From a virus: a stretch of 64,000 nt of DNA. The DNA is taken from IMG/VR virus record IMGVR_UViG_3300022925_000005; one strand, given 5' to 3'. Every line of letters begins with the position of its first letter. Within the stretch, counting starts at the first letter, position 1. Made by a program: the position numbers and the translations under genes. Below, in pieces: positions 40,040 to 49,461 of the stretch. The notes under the pieces were generated by a model. That model saw only the letters and a list, made by a program, of their open reading frames with translations. It was not told the origin of the DNA and made no database searches.

Positions 40040-41260
40040 TTATCTACCTACTTCACTCAATCTCTGAGCCTTAAAATCTTCCCAACTTACACCAACTCCA
40101 TCTAAATAGAATAAGTGGTCGGTTTTCAATCTACCATCATCATGTAACTTAGAGTATCTCTTAATTGCTTGTCTCTTCCACCAATTGTTAATGTAATCAG
40201 TACCCTCTGAGAACTTCTTCTTCATTACCAATTCAGATTCTTCAATTTCTGAACGTAGGAACTCATTACCATTCTCATACATCTGAGCGAAATACACACC
40301 TCTTTTGAAACCATGATGATATTCAGATTGTTTGATACCACATTCTTTGAATATCTGTCCAAGAATCTTTTGTTTGATACCACTTACAGGTCCACTAGCT
40401 CCCTTTCCGGTTCCCATAGATTCACCATTACGAATTCTTTCATTGGTGATTGCAGTTTGATACCAATCAGCACGATTCTCTTTAATCCATTGGTGCCAAG
40501 GTTCGTAGAATTCATCATCAGGTTTCAAAGAAATCTTCCCAGCGGATTCCCCCAACGTTTTGAAGTGAGGGATTCCGTTATACTGAGAATGTATTCCATA
40601 AAGGGAAGTTGTACCAACAGCTATCAATGTTTGCCCATACTTTCTTTTCCAAAATTCCCTTACTTCGGGAACTGTAGTCATCATAGCAGTGAGTTTACCA
40701 CCTAAGAAATTGTAACCTAAAGGTTGGGTACAAACAATAGTGGAAGCGATAGTTGTATAGTTCAACTTTCCCTTTTTGAATTTATCTTCTTTGGTCCATC
40801 CGATGTATTTATCTCTAACACCCATTGAAGTAACATCTGAAGCGAGGGATACCAATCCCAACAATTTACCACTCGTCCTATCTTTGATAAAGATTTTCAC
40901 ATTACGACCAGGGTTAGCTGTCCAACTCATAGTGTGAATCATCCTACGAAGATGAGTCCACTTTGTAGATGCGTTTGCATCATCCTCAACTATCTCAACA
41001 TAAGGGTCTAACGATTCTATCTCTTTGATAGTTTGTTCCTTATTATTGATATCAGTTGGTTTCCATTGGAAATCGTAAAGAGTAGCGATTTGGGATTTAT
41101 CTCGAATCATAGAATCCTCTTGCAGCTCAACCCACTTTTTGTATAATGTTTGCTCTTCTACACTCATTGTCATAAGGTAGTCCATATTTTCAATGAGTTT
41201 TCTTTTCTCATCTTCAAATACAAATTCAGGTTTTGCTGGTTCAGTATCCCAAAAGCTCAT
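40040..41260 (-). CDS. DUF4338/DruA-like protein
   Basis: PGRN, LGLVSLASD, RD.YIGW, QPLGYNFLGGKL, TTSLYG..SQY. Confidence 0.7.
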   Translation of the reverse strand: MSFWDTEPAKPEFVFEDEKRKLIENMDYLMTMSVEEQTLYKKWVELQEDSMIRDKSQIATLYDFQWKPTDINNKEQTIKEIESLDPYVEIVEDDANASTKWTHLRRMIHTMSWTANPGRNVKIFIKDRTSGKLLGLVSLASDVTSMGVRDKYIGWTKEDKFKKGKLNYTTIASTIVCTQPLGYNFLGGKLTAMMTTVPEVREFWKRKYGQTLIAVGTTSLYGIHSQYNGIPHFKTLGESAGKISLKPDDEFYEPWHQWIKENRADWYQTAITNERIRNGESMGTGKGASGPVSGIKQKILGQIFKECGIKQSEYHHGFKRGVYFAQMYENGNEFLRSEIEESELVMKKKFSEGTDYINNWWKRQAIKRYSKLHDDGRLKTDHLFYLDGVGVSWEDFKAQRLSEVGR

Positions 41261-41282
41261 ATGTTTCTTCTTTTAAATGTTA

Positions 41283-41978
41283 TTACTTAATTTCGACAAG
41301 ATAGTAATTGCTTACATAATCTCCTTCAGTAAATGCTACTTTAGCCAAACCTTGCGAAGAGATTTCCAAAGATGATGTAGATGAACCTTTGTTAGCCAAT
41401 AGAATAGCTTTCAAATACTTAGCTGAGAATGCAATTGGTGAAACATCACCTTCACATTTACAATCAACTGAGATTGAGATTCGGTTAGAGTTGATAGAAG
41501 AATATCCTAAGATGATTTCTCCTTTGTTATCTTTACAAGTAAATGTAAATGTATCAGCATCTGCTAATGCTCCCTTAGATTTGATGAATTTGTTTACAAA
41601 CTCATTATCCAATGTAATATCTACATTGAAAGGAGGTAGTGCCTTCAAATCAGGTACCGCTGGGATAACTGATGGTGCTGCCAACATATACTGCATCTTT
41701 GTTCCTTTATCAGAGAACTTCAAAGCTCCAGTTACTTCCTCTACTGAGATGTTGTTATCCAACACACTCAATAAACCTTTTAACTGAGATGTAGTGTAGA
41801 TACCGAACTCACCATTTGGGAATTCAGATTCTGCTACTGTAACATCACCTAAAAGAGTCTTGTCATCTGAAATCATACGAACCGAAAGGTTTGTATCATC
41901 AGATTTAATCATCACCGATTCAACCTCTCCACCAAGATTGTAACGATTAATAAAACCATCGAATTTTACTTTTTCCAT
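41283..41978 (-). CDS. Sliding clamp (gp45/PCNA-like)
   Basis: 231 aa, FGIY...L, C-term YYLV; between PolB and clamp loader. Confidence 0.75.
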   Translation of the reverse strand: MEKVKFDGFINRYNLGGEVESVMIKSDDTNLSVRMISDDKTLLGDVTVAESEFPNGEFGIYTTSQLKGLLSVLDNNISVEEVTGALKFSDKGTKMQYMLAAPSVIPAVPDLKALPPFNVDITLDNEFVNKFIKSKGALADADTFTFTCKDNKGEIILGYSSINSNRISISVDCKCEGDVSPIAFSAKYLKAILLANKGSSTSSLEISSQGLAKVAFTEGDYVSNYYLVEIK

Positions 41979-42006
41979 AATTGTGTTTTAATATTTATTA
42001 TTGAAT

Positions 42007-42041
42007 TACAAATATACAAAAATTATTTGATACTACCAAAC
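42007..42041 (-). promoter_or_regulatory. Bacteroidetes-type promoter
   Basis: Minus TTTGGTAGTATCAAA...TGTATATTTG. Confidence 0.75.
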
Positions 42042-42328
42042 ACTTTTTGAATTATTTCTATTTTATTTCCCATATCTTGCTCAACTAACTTCCCACCATC
42101 AAATGATGCGAATGTTGGTAAGTTTGATACAGTTGCAAAATTTCTACTATTGGGATATGCTTCTGCGTTTACATATACGAATGTAGTATCTTCGTTTTCT
42201 GATGCCATTCTTTTGAATTTAGGTTTTGTTAATCTACAATTCCCACACCATGGTGCCCCATACATCACCATTACTTTTTTGTTTCCATTTAGGATTTCCC
42301 CTAAGTTATCACTTTCTAATTCTATCAT
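42023..42328 (-). CDS. Thioredoxin-like protein
   Basis: WCGNC, cis-Pro LPTF. Confidence 0.88.
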   Translation of the reverse strand: MIELESDNLGEILNGNKKVMVMYGAPWCGNCRLTKPKFKRMASENEDTTFVYVNAEAYPNSRNFATVSNLPTFASFDGGKLVEQDMGNKIEIIQKVFGSIK

Positions 42329-42339
42329 AATTTATTTAT

Positions 42340-44856
42340 TTAAAATGAGAAAAACTTCTCTGCCGTTTTTGTTGATGATAAAACTGCTCCCCAATTCAAT
42401 GCTCCATAGAAATCTTCTAATTTCTTTAGGAGTTCTCTTTCGAAGATTTTATCATAGTTAATATACGTTGTTACTAAGTCCATTATTTCCTTTGGGTCAT
42501 CGTAACCATTTAATGCTACTGCATCCAATCCAAATGGATTTTGTTTTAGATATACCCATTTAATCTTATCACCATCTCTTAGTGGTGCGTAAGTTTTATC
42601 TAAATTCCAATGTTTCAATAATTGATTATAAGCGATTGATGCTTTTACGTGCGCTGGACAACCTGATGGGAATTGGAACATTGCTGTTTGTTCTTTCTTC
42701 TTTGGCATATACTTTGATAAGTTTTTCACAGCCCCAGCTTTAGCAATCTTAACTACATCCATATTTACCAAATCATTTTTGAAATTGTAAATCTTATCAG
42801 TAAGTTGTTCTTCAGTATCACCTCTTAGAATTTCAATAAGTACTTCACTCATAAATTCTCTAAATGCGGCTGGATATGATGAACGTACAACATCCAATCC
42901 CTTTACATCCAACTTATCAACAGCCACACCATTATCTGAGATAATCCATTGTGCGTATCTTTTCTTAGCAATCCAAATACCAGCTTTAGATACGAATTCC
43001 TTCTTAATCTCAAATCGGTGTTTATCAATGTTGAATACTTTCTTAGCCAATATATCATAGAAGTTGTTTAGGTAATCCTGCACTTCACCAGCTATATCAT
43101 TCACAAAACCAGCAATAGTTTCCTGGTCATTATCCTTCCAATTTGGAATACGTTTATCCATTAGAGGTGCCGCTGAAAAGAATACCGAATCCGTATCAAT
43201 ATAGATGTTAGAATCTGCCTCAGGTGTTCCCAACTCCTTATTGTATTTGATGTTAGTCATATCTGCAGTTGATTTAATCACAGTTTGACCTGTTGTTGTT
43301 ACCGCAGTTGCGTTATCCACATCATAGAATCGGAATGCTGGTAATCCCAATACCCCATATAATGAGTTTAGAAGAATCTTTTGTACTAACTGTCTCTTCT
43401 TATAGAATGCGTACTTTTCTTTATCACCTTCCTCACCATACTTCTTTTCCAACTTTCTGAATTCTACCCTTTGTGAGAACCACAAATCCAAAATATCAGG
43501 AATACAACCTGGCGTATCGGTTCTATACATTACACCATTAGATGCGATTGAGTATTTACTTTCATCAAATAACTTTTGTAAGTTATCTCGCTTTATCCAA
43601 TTCTCACCAATTTGATATTCATCAACCTCACCCTTGATGAACTTCTGAGCATCCCAATCCTTAATCTTACCAACTTTGGTTTCAGGCGAAATATTGATAC
43701 TCATAATGATGGATGGGTATAGAGATGTTAAATCCAAATCATAAATCCATTCATACTTTCCAACAATAGGTGCTTTTACATATGCCCCAATGAACTTCTC
43801 TTCATTGTTATCCTTCATAGCCTGCATTCGTTCTCTTCTATCCGCAGGTTTGTTAGGTGCTACGATGTTCTTACGTTTAAGATACGTTAACAATGCCCCT
43901 TCCAAATACTTTGATGAATAAACGAAATCTTCATAAGGAACATGCCCAGCGTGGCAGATACCCCTAGCGGTATCAATGAACTGAAGTTTCTTATCAAAAT
44001 CAACAACCAATTCAACATCCACTAAGTTATACTCAATGAACTTTTCAATATCGGTTGCAAATAAGATATCCAAATTCCCCTCATATTCAATCTTACCTCT
44101 ACCCAATTCTCGTTGAGCAATAGAATCCAATCGATATGAATCTAATTCCGAATAAGTAAAGTTCTTATACAATGAAAGGTAATCCAAATAAGATACACCA
44201 GCCATAAAGTAACGTTTACGATAAGGAGACCAGAAACATTGTCCGATTGGTGATAATCGATTTGCATGACGTTCACCCAACAATCGTTTGATACGATTGT
44301 ATAACATAGGTGTATCGAAATAATCAATGTTCCAGCCAGTTACAATAGTTGGATTAATCATCTCATATAACTCCAAATACTTCATCAACATATCCTCTTC
44401 GGTTCTGAAAGGAAGTACAATTGCCTTATCGGTTTTCTTTTCCAACATTTCACCCTTCTTATCCATAACCAACACCCAATATTGATTGGTTGCTGAATCA
44501 TGTAATGCGATTGATGTTAGTTCGTTTTCTGCTTTCTCTGGGTCAGGTAATCCACTCTCCATCTCACACTCAATATCATATGTAAGTGTAATGTGTCCTT
44601 CTGATGGTAAATCTGAGTCCGTATAAGTATCTACCAAAACTCTCGTAGTTTCAGGTACATCACTTTCGAATAGATTTACATCATCCTTTGTGTACTTATA
44701 AATCTTAGTTACCTTATCACCATACAAAGTGGTATATTCACCATTTGCTGTCTTTTCATAAGCGTATCGAGTATAAGGAAAGGAACGATATCCCAATTTA
44801 TCATCCCAAATGTGAACTAAGTTCTTTTCTCTTTGATAATATGCGTTTTGGTACAT
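42340..44856 (-). CDS. Family B DNA polymerase
   Basis: Exo DIE, GWN..FD, YNLVD; pol DLTSLYP, KILLNSLYG, YIDTDS, KKRY. Confidence 0.97.
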   Translation of the reverse strand: MYQNAYYQREKNLVHIWDDKLGYRSFPYTRYAYEKTANGEYTTLYGDKVTKIYKYTKDDVNLFESDVPETTRVLVDTYTDSDLPSEGHITLTYDIECEMESGLPDPEKAENELTSIALHDSATNQYWVLVMDKKGEMLEKKTDKAIVLPFRTEEDMLMKYLELYEMINPTIVTGWNIDYFDTPMLYNRIKRLLGERHANRLSPIGQCFWSPYRKRYFMAGVSYLDYLSLYKNFTYSELDSYRLDSIAQRELGRGKIEYEGNLDILFATDIEKFIEYNLVDVELVVDFDKKLQFIDTARGICHAGHVPYEDFVYSSKYLEGALLTYLKRKNIVAPNKPADRRERMQAMKDNNEEKFIGAYVKAPIVGKYEWIYDLDLTSLYPSIIMSINISPETKVGKIKDWDAQKFIKGEVDEYQIGENWIKRDNLQKLFDESKYSIASNGVMYRTDTPGCIPDILDLWFSQRVEFRKLEKKYGEEGDKEKYAFYKKRQLVQKILLNSLYGVLGLPAFRFYDVDNATAVTTTGQTVIKSTADMTNIKYNKELGTPEADSNIYIDTDSVFFSAAPLMDKRIPNWKDNDQETIAGFVNDIAGEVQDYLNNFYDILAKKVFNIDKHRFEIKKEFVSKAGIWIAKKRYAQWIISDNGVAVDKLDVKGLDVVRSSYPAAFREFMSEVLIEILRGDTEEQLTDKIYNFKNDLVNMDVVKIAKAGAVKNLSKYMPKKKEQTAMFQFPSGCPAHVKASIAYNQLLKHWNLDKTYAPLRDGDKIKWVYLKQNPFGLDAVALNGYDDPKEIMDLVTTYINYDKIFERELLKKLEDFYGALNWGAVLSSTKTAEKFFSF

Positions 44857-44874
44857 TAAGTCTTTTTTATTTGT

Positions 44875-44908
44875 TTCAAATATACGAAATATATTTGGTT
44901 AATCAAAG
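44875..44908 (-). promoter_or_regulatory. Bacteroidetes-type promoter for PolB
   Basis: Minus TTTGATTAACCAAA...CGTATATTTG. Confidence 0.8.
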
Positions 44909-46023
44909 GATTTTCTTGCCATATTTACAAAGTTCTCTTCGATGTTCCAACTCTTTAGTTGATTCTCCCATAGAAGAGCTTCTGCAATGTGAGTTACATC
45001 AGGTCTTTGGATTTCACCATCTAATAACTTTACAACCATTTCTTTAAACTCATCTTTACTATTGTAAAGTAATGGATAATCATCATCCACCATTTCAGAA
45101 TAGCAAAAATCGTTTGGTAATAGATATGGTACACCTCTACTCAAACCATCGGTTGCACTCATACTCCAAGCTGAATAACCTTGGAATGTACCTACTCCAA
45201 AATGAGCCTTAGATAATTGATTTAGATATACATCTCTATCTGAGTGTCCAATGTATTTGGTATAAGGTTTACCCATATCTTTTAGGGATGTGTAAACTTT
45301 GAAATCTTGTCTTTCTTTCCACAATTCATCCATAGTTTCAAAGAACCACTCTGAACCAGTATAAACACCTTCTCTATGATTAAATACAATTGTTTTATCA
45401 TCATATTCACCAGATGGTGTTGCTGAATCACATCCTAAATACCAAGGTTGAATAATCTCTTCTAATTTATCAGTAATATGTGGTTGGAATGTTTCGGATG
45501 CTCTTTTAATAACCAAATCCTTTACCCATTGTGAGTTTACACCACAAACTTTCATTTGTAACATACCCTTTACGTTTCTCCAAAATGAGTTATCATCTCT
45601 AGCTCCATTATCTTTGATTTCCCACCAATGACAGTAACCAATGATTGGTTGCATTTTATTATAGATGCGTGAAATCTTAAACTCATTAGTCCATTCAGGT
45701 AAATGGCTCCAAACTAAGTTGAATTCTCCATTATATTTCTCAATAGTTTTCTCAAAGAATTTATGGGGATAATCTACTCTCATTTTAGCCGGAAAACAAT
45801 CTAGTGGGTCCATTTGTAACATTGTTACATTTGGATATTCAAAGGTATTGATAATACCTGGATGGTTATGCATTCCACCACCTGGATATGGAAGTACCCA
45901 CTCCCACTCTTTACCGATTTGTGTGTTATCTAAAAAGGACTTAAACACCAATAGGAACGAATCCCTATTGATGTCTTTTACTTGTCCAAAGTTTGTGTAA
46001 TTTGGTATAACTAATACTCTCAT
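44899..46023 (-). CDS. GT-B glycosyltransferase, candidate DNA-base glycosyltransferase
   Basis: IVFNHR, Y...L, WSMSATDGLSRGVP C-terminal GT-B motifs; sits in replisome, not in glycan island. Confidence 0.65.
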   Translation of the reverse strand: MRVLVIPNYTNFGQVKDINRDSFLLVFKSFLDNTQIGKEWEWVLPYPGGGMHNHPGIINTFEYPNVTMLQMDPLDCFPAKMRVDYPHKFFEKTIEKYNGEFNLVWSHLPEWTNEFKISRIYNKMQPIIGYCHWWEIKDNGARDDNSFWRNVKGMLQMKVCGVNSQWVKDLVIKRASETFQPHITDKLEEIIQPWYLGCDSATPSGEYDDKTIVFNHREGVYTGSEWFFETMDELWKERQDFKVYTSLKDMGKPYTKYIGHSDRDVYLNQLSKAHFGVGTFQGYSAWSMSATDGLSRGVPYLLPNDFCYSEMVDDDYPLLYNSKDEFKEMVVKLLDGEIQRPDVTHIAEALLWENQLKSWNIEENFVNMARKSFD

Positions 46024-47543
46024 TAATCTATAATTTGTTTATTTGATTTTCTAATATTAGCTCTTTTATTTCTAAGAACTAAATTTTCTTTTGAAGTATC
46101 GTTTCCACCATCTCTAGCTTCTTGATGGTCACCTTCTATTATAGAGTTAGAACCCATTAATTCTTCAAAAGTAAACTCATTACCACTAGCATCCATCCAA
46201 TCATTCTCAATAGCAGCTTCTAACTTATCATTTTTGGTGTAATTTTTAGTATCTACTAACGATACAACACCAGATGCGAATAAGTTATCGTAATCATTAT
46301 TGAATTCCTCAATCATTAGATTACTTCTAAGTTGAATATCATCTGATTTTTTAGCTCCACATTTTCTTTTAAATGATTCTGAATTTGTCATTTTCTTACC
46401 TGTAATGGGTTCAACAACAATATTACCATCACTATCTTTAATATAATAATCGGCTTCTCTTAACTTAGATTCCATTTTCATAAACCAATCCATAAATTTG
46501 TTTAGATTACCAATCTTAACCTTCTTTTGGAAAGAGTTTAGAGGATGTGATGAAGTTTCTAATATTGTAAGTAATATGAATAAGTTATCTAAAAGTGTTC
46601 TTTCAAATTTTACACTTGAAACTGTGTTTGTTAAATCCACTACTTTAGATACTACTTTTGTTGATTTTTTTAATTTTGAAGTAGATTGTCCATCTAATCC
46701 TACCACAGATGATTGTAAATCCAATTGGGATTCTTTTGGCCATTTATAGATATCGTTCTTCAAAACATTATAGTAATAACTAATCCACTCAGAAACCATC
46801 AATGAATCACCCTTCTTTAAAAGTGAATATGCACTTGATAAGTTTTTTGTATTATTGAACATAGCTTCCAACAAAGGATTATCATTCATATAACTCATTA
46901 AAAATCTATTAAATTTAGATGGTACAATGATTCTTCGTTCGTGATTATTCCAAGGTTCACCAATGTTAGTGTAAATCGTTACATCTACCATATCTTGTAG
47001 TGTTGCCTTATTTATCATTACTAATGTTAGTGGAGTTTCCAATACAGAATTTTGAGTCTCTTCAGGCATATCCTTAAACTTAACACCTTTCATATCATAC
47101 GCAATGGGAGTTTTACCATCTCTGTTGATATAATCAATTACATTTTTATCTAACGTAAATTTTGATTTAAGAAAATCCTCATATGTTTTTACTCTATGTT
47201 GACCATCAATGTTTAGATACTTCTTACCTTTTGATTTTAAATCAGATAGATAATCGATAGTTTCCTTTATTGCCGAATATTGTGTATCATCCTCATCATA
47301 ATCTGAGATGATTCCATTACAATAATCTAAACATCCTTCTATACTAATAAGAACTATTGTATAAATGTTAGAATGACCCTCAAAACAAGCTCTCATATGT
47401 TCAGCTTTAGTTTGGTCATCCCATTCGGATAACAATCTTTGAAGTTGGTGTTTATCTACATGAATGTAGGGAAATAATTCTCTGAGTTTGTTTAGAGTTC
47501 CACCCGTTAGAACTTTTGCATCAATTGATTTTTTAAATGCCAT
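46023..47543 (-). CDS. DGQHR/DUF262 (ParB-like) plus C-terminal HNH protein, GmrSD-like
   Basis: LNIDGQHR, TNIGEPWN..E, C-term EGDH...GG.....NL......N..KSNK. Confidence 0.75.
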   Translation of the reverse strand: MAFKKSIDAKVLTGGTLNKLRELFPYIHVDKHQLQRLLSEWDDQTKAEHMRACFEGHSNIYTIVLISIEGCLDYCNGIISDYDEDDTQYSAIKETIDYLSDLKSKGKKYLNIDGQHRVKTYEDFLKSKFTLDKNVIDYINRDGKTPIAYDMKGVKFKDMPEETQNSVLETPLTLVMINKATLQDMVDVTIYTNIGEPWNNHERRIIVPSKFNRFLMSYMNDNPLLEAMFNNTKNLSSAYSLLKKGDSLMVSEWISYYYNVLKNDIYKWPKESQLDLQSSVVGLDGQSTSKLKKSTKVVSKVVDLTNTVSSVKFERTLLDNLFILLTILETSSHPLNSFQKKVKIGNLNKFMDWFMKMESKLREADYYIKDSDGNIVVEPITGKKMTNSESFKRKCGAKKSDDIQLRSNLMIEEFNNDYDNLFASGVVSLVDTKNYTKNDKLEAAIENDWMDASGNEFTFEELMGSNSIIEGDHQEARDGGNDTSKENLVLRNKRANIRKSNKQIID

Positions 47544-47560
47544 AATATAATAATTTAAAT

Positions 47561-47633
47561 GGTATCGTTGTTGAGGTGATACCTTACCTCATATTTAACA
47601 ATTTTGATATCGTTATAGAGTGATATCAACTCT
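47561..47633 (-). ncRNA. Tandem H-type pseudoknot 5' leader element
   Basis: AGAGU/ACUCU with UGAUAUC/GAUAUCA, then UGAGGU/ACCUCA with GGUAUC/GAUACC; loops AUAAC and ACAAC. Confidence 0.65.
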
Positions 47634-47640
47634 TTTACTT

Positions 47641-47683
47641 TGTAAATATAAGAAAAAGATTTGAATATACCAAATCTTTTCTT
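47641..47683 (-). promoter_or_regulatory. Bacteroidetes-type promoter within long inverted repeat
   Basis: AAGAAAAAGATTTG-AATATAC-CAAATCTTTTCTT; minus TTATATTTACA. Confidence 0.7.
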
Positions 47684-47690
47684 AATTATT

Positions 47691-48494
47691 TTACCAAAAA
47701 TTTATTTCGTTTGATTCTTCTGGTGCGTATGTTGTGTGATGAACAATATCAGTATTATAATCGTTCAAATCTTTTGGATAAGGTCTGATTTCATGCTTTA
47801 ATCTACTCATCAAATCCTTTTTCTCTTTTTTGTTAGTAGCAAGTATCTGAATGTATCGATGTTTAGGTGGTTCTTCTCTTCTCCAAAATTCTTTGTAACC
47901 ATCTTTACCTATTTCCTTTCTAAGGTGTTCCAAATTACCACTTCCCCAATTATTATAAACTGTCCTACTATGAATCCAATCATATGGGTCATTTGATAGT
48001 GAGATACCCCAATTTGGCATCAACGCGATGTCCGTGTTCAAACCTTGATAAATCCAATTGGTAGCTTTGTAAATACCACCAACATGCCCTTGCCCATTAT
48101 TAGCGTAAGATAGAAGTACTTTGATGTTTTTATCGTTATCCTTTAACCATTGGAATGTTTTACCTAAAGCACAACTTTCAATGTTCGAACCATAACCATC
48201 ATCTACATATAAACGAGTAAGTTCTAAGATATTATCCTTAGTTAATCCTTCACAAACTGAAGTAGATGCCTTAGCACCAACTGGGAATCCATATACAGCT
48301 ACACCTACTAATTCTTGGTCATTTCCAAATACATCCTTTTCATCCATCGTATGATATATACCCAAAGCGTACCTACATGCTGTCCAAGCATGAGTGTAGT
48401 GCTTTTTGATAATCATATCCTTAGCGATAGATTTAGCTATTGGTGCTACACTAATTTTAGTGGCATCACAATAATGTTTTCCTTCTTCCTTCAT
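47691..48494 (-). CDS. Mom-like DNA-modifying GNAT protein (paralog 2)
   Basis: HY, GVAVYG.P, LELTRL, NIES, SYAN..GH.G.IYKATNW.YQG, KHRY. Confidence 0.8.
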   Translation of the reverse strand: MKEEGKHYCDATKISVAPIAKSIAKDMIIKKHYTHAWTACRYALGIYHTMDEKDVFGNDQELVGVAVYGFPVGAKASTSVCEGLTKDNILELTRLYVDDGYGSNIESCALGKTFQWLKDNDKNIKVLLSYANNGQGHVGGIYKATNWIYQGLNTDIALMPNWGISLSNDPYDWIHSRTVYNNWGSGNLEHLRKEIGKDGYKEFWRREEPPKHRYIQILATNKKEKKDLMSRLKHEIRPYPKDLNDYNTDIVHHTTYAPEESNEINFW

Positions 48495-48499
48495 TTATA

Positions 48500-48658
48500 T
48501 TACTTACACCATTCTTTGAATGCGATTTCATATGCATCCACTTTACTAAGTTTTGGGTTTTCTTTCATTTCTTTGTTAGCCCAATTGATTACTTCATCTC
48601 TCATATTGTGAGCAAATGCCTCCATTAGTATTTCTTCGATGTGGTCCGAGTCAGTCAT
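48500..48658 (-). CDS. Small hypothetical protein (52 aa, not in track)
   Basis: Manual translation MTDSDHIEEILMEAFAHN...KEWCK*; promoter upstream. Confidence 0.65.
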   Translation of the reverse strand: MTDSDHIEEILMEAFAHNMRDEVINWANKEMKENPKLSKVDAYEIAFKEWCK

Positions 48659-48677
48659 AATTCAGTTTTTATTTAAT

Positions 48678-48712
48678 ATACAAATATACGAAATTAATTT
48701 GAAACCTCCAAA
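48678..48712 (-). promoter_or_regulatory. Bacteroidetes-type promoter
   Basis: Minus TTTGGAGGTTTCAAA...CGTATATTTG. Confidence 0.8.
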
Positions 48713-49461
48713 TTTATTGGCTCCATTTTTATAATTTCTTCTACAAATTCTTCGTTTTCTTTTGGGTATGGAAATATTGGATGTTTTATGGTTTTCATCA
48801 ACTTCCTTCTTATACCACCTTTTGCCAATATGTACACATATCTATGTTTTCTTGGATTCTTGCGTATCCAAAATGTGGATGAACTCATCTTTTGAATTTC
48901 ATTTGGATTGTTTGTTCCGAATTTGACATAAGAAGTTCTTTGATGATGCCAATCACCATCTTCTTCCCAACGGAAATCCCAACTATCGTTAAATCTGAGT
49001 TTGTTACCTTGATACAACCAATTCGTTGCTTGGTAAATTGTTCCACAATGTCCCTCTTTAGGGTCTGAGTAAGATATTAATCCCTTTATCTTAGGAGCGT
49101 TTTCTCTTAACCAATCAAAAGTTTGAGATAGGAACCAACTTTCAATATTTGAACCATATCCATCGAATACAAATAATCGAGTAAGTTCTAATACCTCATC
49201 TCTTTCTAATAATGGTGTGATTGATTGTCCAGCACTTCTACCAATTGGGTCTCCATAACAAGCTACACCAATTAGTTTATCTTCAACACCACTAAAGAAT
49301 GGATGCTCTTCTACTTCGGAGGTAAATAAACCAATAGCGTAGGATACCTTTGTCCACAATCCACTATAATGGTTGTTTACAATGATATCCTTCGCTACCG
49401 ATTTCGTTATGAGTCTTATCGATAGTTTTGAAGTATCGCAATATGTTTTGTTTTCTTTCAT
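48694..49461 (-). CDS. Mom-like DNA-modifying GNAT protein (paralog 1)
   Basis: HYS, GVACYG.P, LELTRL, NIES, SYSD..GH.G.IYQATNW.YQG, KHRY. Confidence 0.82.
   Translation of the reverse strand: MKENKTYCDTSKLSIRLITKSVAKDIIVNNHYSGLWTKVSYAIGLFTSEVEEHPFFSGVEDKLIGVACYGDPIGRSAGQSITPLLERDEVLELTRLFVFDGYGSNIESWFLSQTFDWLRENAPKIKGLISYSDPKEGHCGTIYQATNWLYQGNKLRFNDSWDFRWEEDGDWHHQRTSYVKFGTNNPNEIQKMSSSTFWIRKNPRKHRYVYILAKGGIRRKLMKTIKHPIFPYPKENEEFVEEIIKMEPINLEVSN

Noticed and set aside
40040-41260. Complete Druantia defence system
   Set aside because: Only a DruA-like gene; no DruE helicase or other subunits in window
46023-47543. Dnd phosphorothioation system (DndB has DGQHR)
   Set aside because: No DndA/C/D/E-like genes; C-terminal HNH fits GmrSD-like architecture better
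47605-47633. PreQ1-I riboswitch (AGAG stem, CUCUAUAA)
   Set aside because: Lacks the conserved loop and long A-tract; second stem is fully Watson-Crick; downstream gene not queuosine-related
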